A model generated the notes under the pieces. It did no database searches. It saw nothing but the letters and a program-made list of their open reading frames with translations, and was not told where the DNA came from. A DNA stretch of 64,000 nucleotides. Source: Anthoceros angustus (Eukaryota; Plantae; Anthocerotophyta). Shown one piece after another: positions 35,901-49,390 of this stretch (the first letter of the stretch is position 1; each line of letters begins with the position of its first letter). A program made the position numbers and the translations under genes. The DNA lies in contig MU008189.1 of the NCBI GenBank assembly GCA_010909165.1, positions 612,076 through 676,075 of the forward strand, written 5' to 3'.

Positions 35901-38900
35901 CGGCTCATTCTCCACCTCCGCATTGGGTCGCTTCCTCGTGTGGGCGTTGTTGCAAAGTTGTCCAAAACTTACGCATCATGTAAAAAGTCATCAAGTGCTT
36001 GGGGTTGGATGTCGTCCACTAAGCCGCCAACCACATCATCACCTCCATGAACCTCTGATGCCTCCCCCGCACCTCGTTCCCACCCTGGTCTTCCTGTGAT
36101 CCCGCTCCGTGGGTGTCATCAACTGCAGCAATTCCATTGTTGCAACCTTCTCGAGGCCTACACCATTGACTTGCATTGGAGTCGTTTTTCACCGGGGGTC
36201 CAAGCACCCCTCTGTGCCCGCACCCCGAGCCGTGAGCGCCGCCGGTGGTAGCAACAGTGGCCGTGTTCGAATGGGAACACGGCACTGTCACCGGGCGGCT
36301 TTTCATAGCAAGTAGAAAAAGCGCGATGATAGCATTAGACTTTGGAGGAAAGCAACACGGTGCAAAGGAGAACCCTATTCCTCGGCACACACCCTCTACA
36401 CACACACACACGGAGATCTGCTGCCGCATGTCGGCGGTGGCTACGGCGGATCTTCTCAAGGCGGGACAACAATGCATCCGGATCCTTTACCACTCAAGGT
36501 ACTCGATTTCCACTCCTTGAGCATTCCCCCACGCCTCACATCGTTCCTGAAGGTCCCAACCTTTTGCGACATACACCAGTGTCCACATCCATCTGCTCTT
36601 CGGCACATGTCTTGTTGGTGCAAATGGGAAAAAGGCAAAATTCATGGTACATATGCCCATACGAGAAACGCTCATTGCAGCCAAACCACCAATGACACGC
36701 ACTCAATGAGAAACAAGGTGGACACAGTTCGGACAAGAAAATCCATACGGTACAGAAAGAATACCTTGCGCATATAGGGCAAGCATTCACAGCAATTGTT
36801 GGTCGTCCGCTCAATGGCGCTGGAAGGAAGTTGGTGCGACGCCTCCCTTCCACTTCAACATCCATGAATGCTGCAAGAGACTTGAGGATGTTGAACATCC
36901 TCCTTTCGGTCAACAACGCAAACTGCTCAAGCTCATGTTGGGCGGCTCCTCGTCGCTAACTCCTCAACCCAGTACAGGCTTTTCTCCAGTGTACAAGGCT
37001 TGAAGGCGGCGAAGGTGGTGATTAGGGATCTGTGCCCTTGAATGTCCTCAAAAGTCTCGTCCTCGCTCAATGCTCTTCGCACCATCTCCATTTCTTGAGA
37101 ACACTTGCGGATGTCGACGCCACCTCCAAGTCTCTGTTTTCACCGTCAATGCTTGCTTCACCTCCTTTGCGGTGGCATCCACCTTGTCAAGTTGCGATTC
37201 ACATCTCGCTCCCAGACGGATCGTGTGGTCGAGGATGGTAGCCACCTTGCTCTTCCTTCGCGTGCTGCCCTCACCTGATCATCACCAGTAAGTTACTCAT
37301 CCACCCCTCCAGTGGAACATTATTGCATGCAAAGTGGCATTGTGCCACCAAGTAGAACCAATATGCAGGCCTAGGAAAAGTGGCCTTGGGCACAGGATCC
37401 GTGGAAGACAGACACAGAGTAAATGACCAGGGTGCAACGCACATGTGGCAGAGTGGACCAGAATTGCATGCAAAGTGGCATTGTGCACACAGGTGGAACA
37501 AATGTGCGGAAAAATGACATTGGGCACGAAGTGGAAGGCAGACCGAGCAAATGACGGTGCAACGCACATGTGGCAGTGGACCGAGTGCAGGCAAAGTGGC
37601 ATTGTGCACTGGAACAAATGAGCAGGAAAAACATTGGGCAGAAGTGGAAGCAGACACATAGCAAATGATCGGTGCACACATGTGGCAGTGGACAGTGCAA
37701 AGTGGCCTTGTACACATAGGTGGAACAAAATGCATAAAGACATTGGACACACCAAGCGGATGAGAAACAGCACATGACTAGGTGACGCACATGTCGCTCA
37801 ACCAGTCGAGTTCTTCAGATAAGCTAGTGCATGGTGCACTTCACATGAGCCTACACTATGTCAAAAGGTTGATGACAAGGAGGGCCATCACTGGTGCTCC
37901 TTAGAGGATACTAGGTAGTCTAGAGGACTTAGCGACTGTGCATGCGGAGCAGGAAGATAAATCGCATGTTAGACAACCTTGAGAGACAAAATAAAAACAA
38001 GCACATCCTACCATGAGGTGGGTGCTGCTCATGTCCTGTGGGCTTCCCTACAATGAGTAGGGGCTCTTCCTCCTTGACTCCAGCAGCCTTCACCGCCTTT
38101 CCTCTCGTATTTCGTTTCTTATTCCTTCCGGATTGGGTCTTCTGAAACACCCTCCAGTTCACCTCAACGCCAAGTTTCTCCACGCAATCCCAAGGGCCAT
38201 AAGCCTAGGGATCCGCTTCTCCCCAAGCGGGCCTCAACTCACATGCCATAAACAAGAACATCAATTTCCCTCCATTCTTCTTGGCGGTTCCCGCCAACCA
38301 TGCCCTCGTTAAACTGGGGGCCAAAAGCTTCTCCACCTCCTCATTCCCCAACATTTCCCTCGTCCATTTCGAGCCCCAAGTCTTTGACATCCACCCAGAC
38401 ACGGATCATCGCCGCCCTCCATGTCCATCTTGCCATGGGCTCTTTGCTCGCCCATATTCCCTCGAGCGCTCTCTTTCTTCTTCGGCGCTCCTTCCCTTCC
38501 GGCTCCGCTTTTCCTACTTTTGGATTCCATGGATCACTTCGGCTTGGGCACCTCGGTGAGGTCGCTTCCACCTCACCTCCAGTCATCGCTCTGCGGATGA
38601 GTGCCCAGGCTCCCCCCTCGAGTGTGGTCTTCCACATCTCCGTCCTCGCTTTCTTCAAGCTCGGACGTCGCCCTTAGATGAATTCCCTCTGCACACAACC
38701 CACATCAAGGACCCTGTTAAGTTACATGGAAAGCAGTTGCGCGAGCACCATCCACATCTGCAGCATCAAAGCACTCGAGCCTCGGCGCCACTTCTGGAGC
38801 CCCAAGTCCCCATCGACGGCCGCCTTGTCCTCCGCCATCCAGCTCTCGCCGTGCAAACGAGGCCCATGTCCTAGCCCCAAACCACTGGGCTCGGGAGGCT

Positions 38901-39529
38901 CCAAGCCGGGTCTCGGGACATGAGCTTAGAGGTGCCTCCCACCTTGGGCGTGAGGCCTTGCACTTGGCGATCACCACCTCACCCAATCGCACCTAAACTT
39001 TCCAAACATGCAATCATGAGGAGGCCGTCCATCACGGCCGAGCTCCTAGGTGGGCGTTTCTCGATGGGCACGGATCTTTGTCGAGGCGGGGTCATGGCGG
39101 CAAGCAAGCCCGAACCCTGACAGTGCGGCTGCGACCTCGCACCTCGCAGTTGGTGGCTCGAACTTCTGTCCTCCCCGGCGCTGGCCCGATCTCCCTTCCG
39201 CGCTGCACAGCCTCTAACCGTGGGGACCTCATTGTGGATGAGCTGGGCACCCTCCTCCCCTTCCTCCTGAACACTCCAAATGGCGATGGTGGCAAGCAGC
39301 GGCGACGCCTCCGAGAGCTCCTGCCTGAAGTCGAAACCTGCCACGGCTTCACGCCCGAGCCGGTACTTTCAGTTCCCAAGTTCAGCTGTACATGACATGT
39401 TCACGCTCCAAATTTGACTTAACTTCAAACTATATAAATATTGGATAATCGAAACTCGCCGTATATGCAGCACATAGTGCACATTTGCATATGTCACAAA
39501 ATGTGGTATACCTAACCGTGCCTACACCC
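29976..39529 (+). mobile_element. Sola2-like DNA transposon, copy 2 (also 9,554 bp)
   Basis: Same TIRs at 29976 and 39506-39529 with ATAT/ATGT flanks. Transposase fragments at ~30590-34142 (+); accessory ORF at ~34150-39345 (-). Confidence 0.75.
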
Positions 39530-39631
39530 ATGTGCCCCTACAGATGACTTGCAACTGGATCTTTTTTGATTTTAATGTCCGCTCATTCGAGTTTGATGCG
39601 TATAGATGCATGGGCCTTGGTTTCTAGATGA

Positions 39632-40874
39632 GCTACATTTTCCAAAATTCGACATGTATGATGGTGGTTTTAATGGCCAACCTTTTGAAGACGATAATGT
39701 TTCACAATGTTTTGCAGAGAAGCAAGAAAATAAATAGAATAGATGATTTGTCCTTGAGTAATGAAAGCCTCGGATGCAACAACACAAGTATAAGAGAGGA
39801 TCTCGCCTGCCATCAGCGAGCCCTAGTGAGAGCCGTAGCATATCAAGAAAGATGGTGATCACTAGCTGATTTTGACCAAATGGCCGAGTATTTCGGAGGC
39901 TCAAGGAGGACCCGCTCTATACCCACCGTGATGCCCACTACTTTGTTGTAAGGATGGCAAACTTGTTATCATTGCTCTATATGTGACGACATCATAATTG
40001 CTACAAATAGTCATGACTCATTATTGGAGTTCAAATTGCAAGGAATAGGAAGAAGGTACAATAAGTATTTTCAAACAAAGTATGTTATGGAGCTTTAATC
40101 GCTTTCGTTTGAGTTTCTTGGCCACTCCACTTGCAGCTAGTCAAACCCTGTCCACTATGGATAGCCCTACTACAAATGAGAAACGTGAGAGGATGTTGCA
40201 AACTCCTTATAGAGAGGCTGTTGGATGCTTGCTCTTCCTTAATGGCTGGACTCGCCCGGATATTACTCATGTAGTTTCCATTGTGTCACAGTTTCTCTCT
40301 AATCCAGGTTTGGCCCATTGGCTTGTGGTAAAATGCATCTATCGATATTTGTCTGGTACTATGCATGTAAGCCTTCAGTACAAGAGATTAGGAATAGGAA
40401 GACTTGTACTTGAGGGTTGGTTTGATGCTAACTAGTAGCTGATCCTATGACAAGGAAAAGCTTGTCTAGCTATTGTTTTACCATGTGTAGTGCAGCCATT
40501 TCATGGACATGCAAAGAGCAACGAAGTGTGTTTTTGAGCTCCACGGAGAGTGAGTATGCATCTTTAACACTCACGGTAAGGAGGCGTGAGTGGTAGGACT
40601 TTGCTGGAATGGGTCAAACTCAGATTCACCTACTTTGTTACATTGTGACAACATGTCATGAGAATGTGATTTAAGAATGCCAAGTATCGTGCCCGAACTA
40701 AGCAGGTGCATCATCATTTTATAAGACAACGAGTTGCTGAGAATCAAGTTATTATTGAGTATATTCCAACAGAGGAGAACCTTGCTGATATATTTACTAA
40801 AGTCTTGTCAAAGTCTAAACATGAGCATTTCTCATCGCCTTTTGGGTCTAGTGGATTTATCTAATCACAAATAA
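39632..40874 (+). mobile_element. Ty1/copia gag piece plus RT/RNase H, copy 2
   Basis: ORF 40082-40435: PYREAVGCLLFLNGWTRPDITHVVSIVSQFLSNPGLAHW. Confidence 0.9.
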
Positions 40875-41526
40875 TGCTTCATCCGTGGAGAGTTTCTCTT
40901 CATCAAGTTGACTTGCTATATATCAAGTATTTATTAAGAGTGAACATGACGTGTTAGTTAGTTAGCCTCATTCTATGTTGTTCCAAATGTGAGTGGAAGT
41001 GTAGAGGATATCATATTTAGGGCACGTTTAAACATAATATTCTTAAGAAATAACTTAGGGCACCCCAGACTTGAACAAACACTAGATTCAGTAGCTATAA
41101 CTACTTCTTATGTTTCACGGTTTTGACACTTTTGCTTCTTGCTTAATTTGATTTTGCTCTTGTACACAATTGCTTCCGCTCGAATGCATTGTCAATTTCC
41201 TCCACCTTCTCGAAATCGAACGCTGTAACGGTTTCATCGGCCGCACGGCAGCAGAGCCACTTGGCCAGGGCTTTCTTACCACCGTGTCACACAGGGTCGT
41301 GGATCAAGAGTCACGGAGACTTATGGGGACACACAATTGGAGACTTGTGTCGAGGTTGGAGACCTGAGCCGAGTCGAGAAGAAGAAGAAGAAGAAGAAGA
41401 ATTTTATTTGAGTCCACTAAGGACGGATTTCCGTCATGGGATTTCCGTCGAGGCTGCTGTGTGGAGGGGGCGATGGAGGCTCCAAGAGATTATTAAATAT
41501 ATATACACAGTCTCTATTGTCAGCCT

Positions 41527-41600
41527 GGTTTCGTGGTGTAGTTGGTTATCACGTCAGTCTAACACACTGAAGGTCTCCGGTTCGAGTCCGGGCGAAGCCA
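41527..41600 (+). tRNA. trnV-AAC: tRNA-Val (AAC), duplicate copy
   Basis: Identical to 22648-22721. Confidence 0.97.
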
Positions 41601-41764
41601 ATTTAGCCATCGTAGATCACCTCCTTTTTCAAGCGTCACTAGTGTGACTCGAATGCCGTAGATTATCTTCTTCTCAAGCGTCACTAGTGTGACTCGAATG
41701 CCGTAGATTATCTTCTTCTCAAGCGTCACTAGTGTGACTCGAATGCCGTAGATTATCTTCTTCT

Positions 41765-42630
41765 CAAGCGTTACTAGTGTAACAAACAAGCACACAAAAG
41801 AGAAGCGTCACTAGTGTAACAAACAAGCACACTGTTGTGTGTGGCACAAACAAGCATACAGCAGTGTGCTTGCAGCATTATCTTCTTTTCGCCACACTTT
41901 TTGAATCTCTGTCCCCTACCAAACTGCTGGCTACAAACAAAGCCCCAAAGCCAGGCTCCCAAACTTGCACATGCATATCCCTGTACAGATGATGGACTTC
42001 CTGCCCAAGCCCTGCTGGGAGTATCCTCCTAGTAGCATGGCACTCCATGCCACCACATCCTTTTTCATCAAGTCCGTCAAACACTCTCCGAGCATCCTCC
42101 AATCTCACTTTTGGCAGACATGTCCACCAAGCAATTCCAACACACAACTTAGGCTCGACATCACTAGCCAAGACATCAACATGCACCTTTGCCCAGATTT
42201 TAAGCCTTCACACCTGACCTGCGAGTACGTGATACAATTGTATGGCCTGCTCATCTTGTCCGTGTTGGGCATGCGCACAGATTATGCCCACTACGTAAAG
42301 GCATCTGGTTGACAACAGAGGTGAACACATCCACGGCATCTCGCAACCTGGCACGGGAGGCACGCATTCGCAGGATGTAGTTGGCGCAGAAGACGATGTC
42401 CAACTCATAACTCTGCTTCACGGTGACAGCATGAACCCTGCGACCCAGAGGCGAATCCCTCTGACCCGTGCACACATTGTTGTAAACGAGTTCCCCCTGC
42501 TCACATTGATTGCTCACAGTTTCAGCAGTTAGGCTAATTCGTATCCTGCACGTCTGTACACGTTGCTTACACAGAGGACCTCCTGGAATTTCCCACGCCC
42601 AATCTCATTCAAACGCAAACTGGAGCTCGT
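41765..42630 (-). pseudogene. PLS-class PPR remnant, copy 2
   Basis: Colinear with 22885-23760; some indels at different positions. Confidence 0.75.
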
Positions 42631-45087
42631 CTAACGTTCCTCTCATTCCCCGATATGTTCGATCCACAGAAGATAGAGGTTGCTGGGCGAGTTCTGGATC
42701 ATAGGATGGATGAACCTAGACGAAAATGTGGGTGAGCGCATTCTTGGTATCCCTATTGCCTCGAGTCAAGTCTGCTGCTCCAGAAATGGCAAACCACATC
42801 GCCCCTGGAGCCTGGTCCTGAATCCTGAACAGGTCCATCCATCATGTGACCCACCTGCCCAGCAACCGGCACCGGCCAGGCTCTTTCAAGCAATTCACCT
42901 ACTTAATGGTTACTTGATCTATTAATGGTTTCATCTCACATCCTCACAATTCCACAACTGATCATCTTTGTGATTCACCCACTGTACTAACGGTTTCATC
43001 TCTCATCTTCACGATTCCCACAACTAGCATTCCTGGGGTCCCTTGCCAAGGCCAGAATTGGCCATCTGCCAACACTCCCGACATACCTAAATTCTCGCCA
43101 AACGGCCACCTGCAACCCCAGTCCTCCGGATTCCTCAACGGCCAGCTCAACCGAGACATCTGAGATGCTCATCTTCATCGCCCCCAGCACCGGTCCTTGC
43201 GGAACCAGGGCAGAATCCAGACTGTTCGCCAAGCAAACGGCCGCTCAACCAGTTGTGGAAGCTACGCGTGCGGCAAGGGAGCTCACTTTAGCAAGCTCAT
43301 CTTCCAGCGATGACACTGGCAGTGGGCGGAGCGAACCGCGATCTGCTGTGCAGGTCCTGGGCTTGCTGTGTGGCAGCCAATGAGGACGGCGGCTTCCGGC
43401 CGCGACCGCCACTTGGGGTGGTGCTGCCACGCCTTGTGGCGCTCACGATTTCGTTTCCTTCGGGACATTTGGGAAGGCACGGTGCAATCACAGGGCGCCA
43501 GCAGATGCAGCTGCCCGCCTCGTTAGCTGACCGGGACGCATAACGCAGTCACAACACGCAACCGGCCTGCCTTTCCGCTTCGCCGACGAGGCGCCACCTC
43601 ACGCTCCACGCCGGACAGTGGACTCGTACAACTGGTGGGCTGGATCCGGCGCCGCGAGGCGTCTGCCTGCTCGGTGCTCGGTGCCACCGCGCGGTCGGGC
43701 CGCGGATCGCTCCTTGTCTACCTATTATTTGTCCTCTTTAAGATTGATTCAACCTTTTCCTTTACATGGCCTCCCTGTTCGTTTGTATGCGCATATTTAG
43801 CTTCTCATTGTACGTACACATATTTGGTTTCTCATTGTTGAGCCCATCATTCAATACTGAATGTAAATTAATCAGGATAATATAGTTAATTTCATAGTAA
43901 TAATAATAATAATAAATTTATGTTCTAATTATTGAACAGATAAGGTTGATTCTAGTTTCTAGCAAGATAGCTATCAACTCATTAACTCAAAGGCACATAA
44001 ACAATATGAGTTCATCTTTATATGAATGTACAATATTTTATATTCCCCCTTACTCCTCTTTTGGTATAAGAGGCATTTTAATTTTGGAGCTCATTCACTA
44101 CCAAGCCAATTCACATGATACGGTTTCACATTTAATAACTATACTTGCAAGATCACTCGCATCATTTTCCTACTCAATATGACTGTGACTAAGTATTTAC
44201 TACTAATTATTATGCTTAACTACTAATTATATGAATTATTTTTTATCACTAATTACTCTATGTAATCGATTTTTACTGTACTAACCTTTACTCAAAACAG
44301 AACATAAGGTTTGCGTGTTTGTGGCGGGAGTTGGAAGGAGTGTTATGTAGTCCACAAGCCCCATGGCTTCTACATGTAGGTAATGCTTAGAAGTAGGTAG
44401 GCTCTTTGTAAGACCATCAGCAGTATTTGTGTCTATTGGCACATACTAAATTTTAACATTCTTCCGCTCCAAAGAATGTTGCATATAGTGATGATGGGTC
44501 TTTTTATGGGAGGCGTGGAATGGAGATTTTCTATTAGGGCAATAGTTGACGTATTATCGCATTAGATTGTTCAACATACCAAGGAGGCCAACTACTGTGT
44601 CATGTATCAGTGATTGCTTCACCTTGCCGGCACAATGGTCTCCAAGAAAATTAGTAGAAGAGCAAGCACTTAAACTTCTAGGAGCATTATTCCTCTTCAA
44701 TTTTTGAATGATATATTCTAGAAGTAACCAGCTCAATCTACTCCAGCTTCTCCACAATGATTTGTTCCTTGAGCAATTGGTGACTACATTGAGTTTTTCT
44801 CACAAATAAAGAGTAGTTGGTGACTGCATCATAAGCTTGAAGCCTCTAGCGATCCTGTCATAAATCCTTCATGTGATAGTGACCCTGGGGTGTCCTGGCT
44901 AGTCGAGTGGTAGATGGGTTTACTATCAAATGGTTTACAAATTTCGTACAAAATCGAGATGCATAGCAGAAGGGGAAGATTACATCAAGTAAGAATGTGA
45001 TGCTCAATCAGAGTATATAATAACAAAATATATATAATTCTTGACAAGTATATATACACATGCTGGTGCCATTTGTAAATTGACCTT

Positions 45088-45900
45088 CAGGCGGCGGGCG
45101 GTGAGGAGGGAGGGAGGGAGCGAGCGGAGGTGAGGGAGCGAGGGGGCGAGGGAGGGAGCGAGGCGGGCGGAGGGAGGGAGGGAGCTGAGGCGAGGGAGGA
45201 GGAGCGAGCGAGCGGGCGGTGAGGAGCGAGGAGCAGTGAGGAGGGAGCGAGCAAGGCGAGGGAGGGAGGGAGCAAGAGGAGGAGGAGGGAGCGCGGAGGG
45301 AGAGGGAGGGAGGGAGCGCGGGCGGAGGGAGCGGCGCGCGAGAGGGAACGGCGGGCGCGGCGGGCGGGCGGCGCGGCGCTGGCGGGCGCGGGCGCGGGCG
45401 GGCGCGGGCGCGGGCGGACGGCGGGCGGGCGCGGCGGCGCGGCGGGCGCGGGAGGCGTGGGCGGGCGGCGGACGGGTGGCGCGGAGCGGCGGCGCAGTGA
45501 GCGCGGGCGCGGAACGGGCGGCGCGGAGGCGCGCGCCGGTGCGGCTGGGCCAAGGCCCGGGACGCGGCGGGAGGTGCCCCGGCGCGGTGCGGGCGGAGGG
45601 GGCGGTGCGGAGCGACGGCGGGGAGCGGGCGAGCGGGCTGGCGCGGGGGCGCAGGACGCAGCGCGGAGGTGCAAAAGTGGGCGCCGTAAGGGCGGGGGCA
45701 CGGTGTACGGGCGCGAGGGGTGCGGGCGCGCTGCGGTGTGTGCACTGCGGGCGCGCGAGAGGGAGAGGCGTGATCGCTGCAGCCTGTGTGAGGCGAGGCT
45801 CGGCAGTCCGCCGCCACCGGGCCGCCCGGACGGGCAAGGCCCGCCAGGTGGTGTGTTCCGGAGGTAGGGTGGGCAGTTACGAGTCGGGCAGACGGCAGTA
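45088..45900. repeat. Extremely GC-rich low-complexity 5' leader of CRE element 1 (GGAG/GGGA tract, then GGCG/GCGC tract)
   Basis: Visible composition; lies inside the TSD. Confidence 0.85.
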
Positions 45901-48900
45901 GCCTCGTTGCCTACGGCTCCAGTGGGTGGGGCCCTGGTTCACGCCGCTAGTGTGCCACGGAGTTGCATGCGGTGTTGTCATGGTATGGGAATTTATTTTT
46001 CCCGATTTGTTCGGCCTTTCTAGAGTGGATTTCCTACCCCTTTGGTTGCGAGTTGCGTGCTAGTTTGGTGGGTCGGCAGGTTCCGGGTTGCGCCTCTAGG
46101 CGCAGCTCTTGGCCGGCCTTTTGGGGTTCGCCATACGAGCTCACAGTTGTCAAAGGCCGGTCGTTTGTCCGTCCCCGACCTCCTCGGCCCTGCCGCCCGA
46201 TCGGCGCTTATGGGTTCTTTTAGTACCTTCCCAATGGGGCGGTCTACACCTCCTGGATCAAGTATGACACGGAGTGTCCCGTCTGCTCAACTCGCGTGTC
46301 AAGGGGTGAAAACCCACATTGGGCACATGCATAAAGATTTCACTGTGACTACTTGGGCTGCCCAAGTGCACATTGCGACTTCCTCCAGCCCGCAGGTGCT
46401 CCGGCCCAAGATCGCCCATCGGGGGTGCCTCTTCCGGAATGGTTGCGGTCACCGGATCACATACTTGGGATGTTTGAAACCCGCTTCCATGCCCGCAAGA
46501 TCTTCCGCAGCTCCCGCCACCTTCATGATGCCCGCTTGCCTGCCTTCCCTTGATCGCCTGCGCCGATCCCAAGGACGAGTTAGCTTGGTGCCTTCTCCCG
46601 CTTCTCCTGGTGCCTTCTGTTCTAGGGGTGGGGCCGGGCACGGAAGTTGCTAGCCGCCTCGCCGGCCGGGTGATCGGGCATCCCTCCGTGGAGGAGGTTT
46701 TATGTCGCCAAGGCTCATGGAATCGCATGCTAGCTTGAACAGTCCCGGTAATGCAACAAACCCGCTGCTGTAAGCCGCTGTGCAGTGAGTATGTCATACG
46801 CTGTGGCTCTTCGACCCTCCCTAGCCCCCGCCGAGGAGACCATTGTTGCCTCCGTGCCTCCATCCAGCCTCCCAAGGATGCCATCCCCGACATATCTCGA
46901 CTACGTCCCGAGGATCCCTTCTCTCCTGACGGCATTTTGCTCGCACTCTACGACCCCACGCCTTTCATCCGCCGGGTTGTCGAATGGTGTTTGAACACCG
47001 TGACCTTTTTCTCCCAAGATCCATCTAGCGCTTCCCGTAGCTCTTTTCTCCGCCGCCGCGGCTCGGGGTGAGACGCCCACCGGATTTCCCATGTTCTTAG
47101 AGCCAGCAGCTTGTCGCTATGGACAAGCTCGCCTGTGCTCGGCGCGCCCACCGGCTGGAAGCCTTCATGCTACTCACTCCGACTATTGCCCTTCGCCGCC
47201 TTCTTCAAGAAGACCTCAACCCCTTCAATTTGGCATTACCCGGGCCGTGAGTCCGTGGTGCTTGGAGTGAAGGCATGTTTTGATACCCACCCGAGTGGGT
47301 GGTCTTACAGTTGATGTCGAACGCCTTCAATACCATCTCTAGGAGCCATCATCTCGAGGAGCTTAGGGATGTGCCGGGAGCCTTATACCTTTTGTCCTTT
47401 CTACGGGAGGTCCTCCAACCTCTACTACCAAAGACAAGAACGCCTCTTCGTGGATTGCTCTGCCTTGAATCGGCCATGTGTACTGTGCAAGGCGACTCTA
47501 GGGGTCTCTTCGCCATTGCTCACTATAGGGCCCTATCTAGGGCCGCCTTCTCCACACCGTGTCTCCCTTCACCGTGCATTTACTCACATCCTCGGGCACA
47601 GGGACAAAGTTAAGGAGGCCTTTGAGCTCTTCTCTCATGAGCTTCTGGTGGGCTTGAAGGTCAAGGTCCAAGTGCAGCGTCTGGTCTCCGTCGGGATTCT
47701 ACCTACTTTGCGCTCACTGGGAGATTGCTCGGCTCTGGGGCTGCAGTTCTAGGGGTCCCTCTTCCCCCGACTCATCGGAGCTTCGACCAGCTCGCAGAGG
47801 ACCTCTCCCATGTCGAGGACCTCCCTTTCTTTGGAGGATGCACAGTGGCCTTTGGAATTCTTTCCTCTGTTTTGCTAGGCGCCTGGTTACCTCATCCAGA
47901 CACCGCCTCCTCGACACTTTTGTCCGGCGGTTTGATAGGAAGATTATGGATACTCTCGGGGACATCCTGGGCCTGGGCTTTTGAGTGCCCTATGGGCGTC
48001 GGCCCGGCGCAAGCGTCCTACATGCAATTTGGGCACAGTGCTCTGGAGGTCTCTTCCCGGCTTTCACAGGCGGTTGGGCCCTCTCCTTCCTTTGGCTTCT
48101 CGGTTCATCCTCCATGACAGCCCTTCGAGGATCTCGTATCAGTGTGGAGGAGGGAACCTTCTCTCCAAACGCCCCTGAGGCAAGCTAGGGACATGTTATC
48201 GGTGGATGCTCGGAAGGACTTCCCTCCTTTCTCGACATTTATTCTTGATGGTTTCGGGGTTGGTGCATCTCTCGCCGAGAAGCGTACCGCCAGTTTTCCG
48301 CCCGCCTCCAGACCCTCCATCCCAGGTCCACAAGGCGCGGCTCGCTCTTGTTGCAGGAAGGCGCGGTGCTTGGCTGTTGGCCGCCCATGCATACGGGTTT
48401 CACATCGCACCAACCACCTTCACTCTGCGATGCGATTCCGCCTTGGCCTCGCCCACCGTGGCTTCTTCGCTCCTTACTTGCAGTGCGGCTCGCCTCGATG
48501 ATTACGGGTACACCTTGCTCGTTGTCCCTGGTCATCGCATTGCCACTCACGGCGCCATCCAGCGATGTCATGTTCGCCATCGCCGCAAAGCGCTACATGG
48601 CATGGAGGAGGCGGATGTATACTCTCCGTCTGGTCGTTCAATCGGTGACACATGCCTTGTCCGTGCACTGTGTTTTGGCATGTGGTGGTTACCGATCCTA
48701 CGAGACACCATCTCGCTCGGTCATCACTAACCGCCCAGTCACGGAGCGCTCAAGGTCCGCAATATTGCGTGATGCAAGCGGGCCACCTCTTTATTCGCTT
48801 GCACTAAAGCGTATGGGGCAATGGTGAGGACTTTGACAAATTTGTCAAGTCCTGTACAAAGCTTACCATGCGTAGACACGGTGCCCCTCTCGATTACAAA

Positions 48901-49168
48901 GATACTCCGACAACGGGTTTCAATTGCCCTTCAGCAGGCGCTCTCAGCGGCGATCCTCCACAAGGCGGCGGTGGGTGGCGCATCTTCCTCTACCTCCGTG
49001 GTTTGCGGGCCGTTTATTCTTCCCGCATATGACATTGTGAGTGCGATGGGTGACTTTAGGTAGGGAGCTTATTTGCTCCTCTTCACCTCGACCCCTGGTC
49101 CCCTTTGGTTGTCCCCTCCTAGATGGGCTTTTCCCATCGTTTTTTCACCTCAATAAAATCTTGTCTTT
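45088..49168 (+). mobile_element. Full-length CRE-clade (RT + restriction-like endonuclease) non-LTR retrotransposon 1, frameshifted ORF ~46234-49063
   Basis: 10-bp TSD AATTGACCTT at 45078-45087 and 49169-49178. C2H2-like finger (CP.C...GVKTHIGHMH). RT motifs: VVLQL..SNAFNTISR, VQGD, THILG..DKVKEAF. C-terminal segment RIATH...LRQRVSIALQ. AATAAA at 49152. Confidence 0.85.
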
Positions 49169-49390
49169 AATTGACCTTTATAATGTACACAATGCTGCAT
49201 ACGTACATTGCTCCGGAGTCCGCACTAGTCTTTGGAGCAATACAGGTCTCAAGAGAACTGGGCGACAGCCTGATACGTTTGTCCAAGTGCCCAATCTGCG
49301 GAAAGCACATTTTGAATGACCAGCTAGGGATGAGCCTAAAACGGAAGTGAGTCGAATAAAGAGCACCTCGTGCAAATCTGCAACCTGATC
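49169..49390 (-). pseudogene. Truncated expansin paralog (end of last exon plus 3' UTR); its downstream flank continues at 44745-45087
   Basis: Translates as DLHEVLFIRLTSVLGSSL/LVIQNVLSADWALGQTYQAVAQFS* (one extra base) versus QLHGALSIRFTSGLGSSLLVVQNALPTDWAPGQTYQTVAQFS* in the intact gene. Confidence 0.85.

Larger units (their letters stand above)
6909..44773. repeat. 18.9-kb direct tandem (segmental) duplication: unit 1 6909-25880, unit 2 25881-44756
   Basis: All landmarks recur at an offset of ~18,880 (tRNA 22648/41527; TIR 11090/29976). The junction carries ATGATTTGT(T)CCTTGAG at 6909, 25881 and 44757. Confidence 0.95.

Noticed and set aside
45004-45901. Long Arg/Pro/Ala-rich ORFs (200-277 aa) on both strands
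   Set aside because: Artefact of extreme GC low complexity; several frames are open simultaneously.
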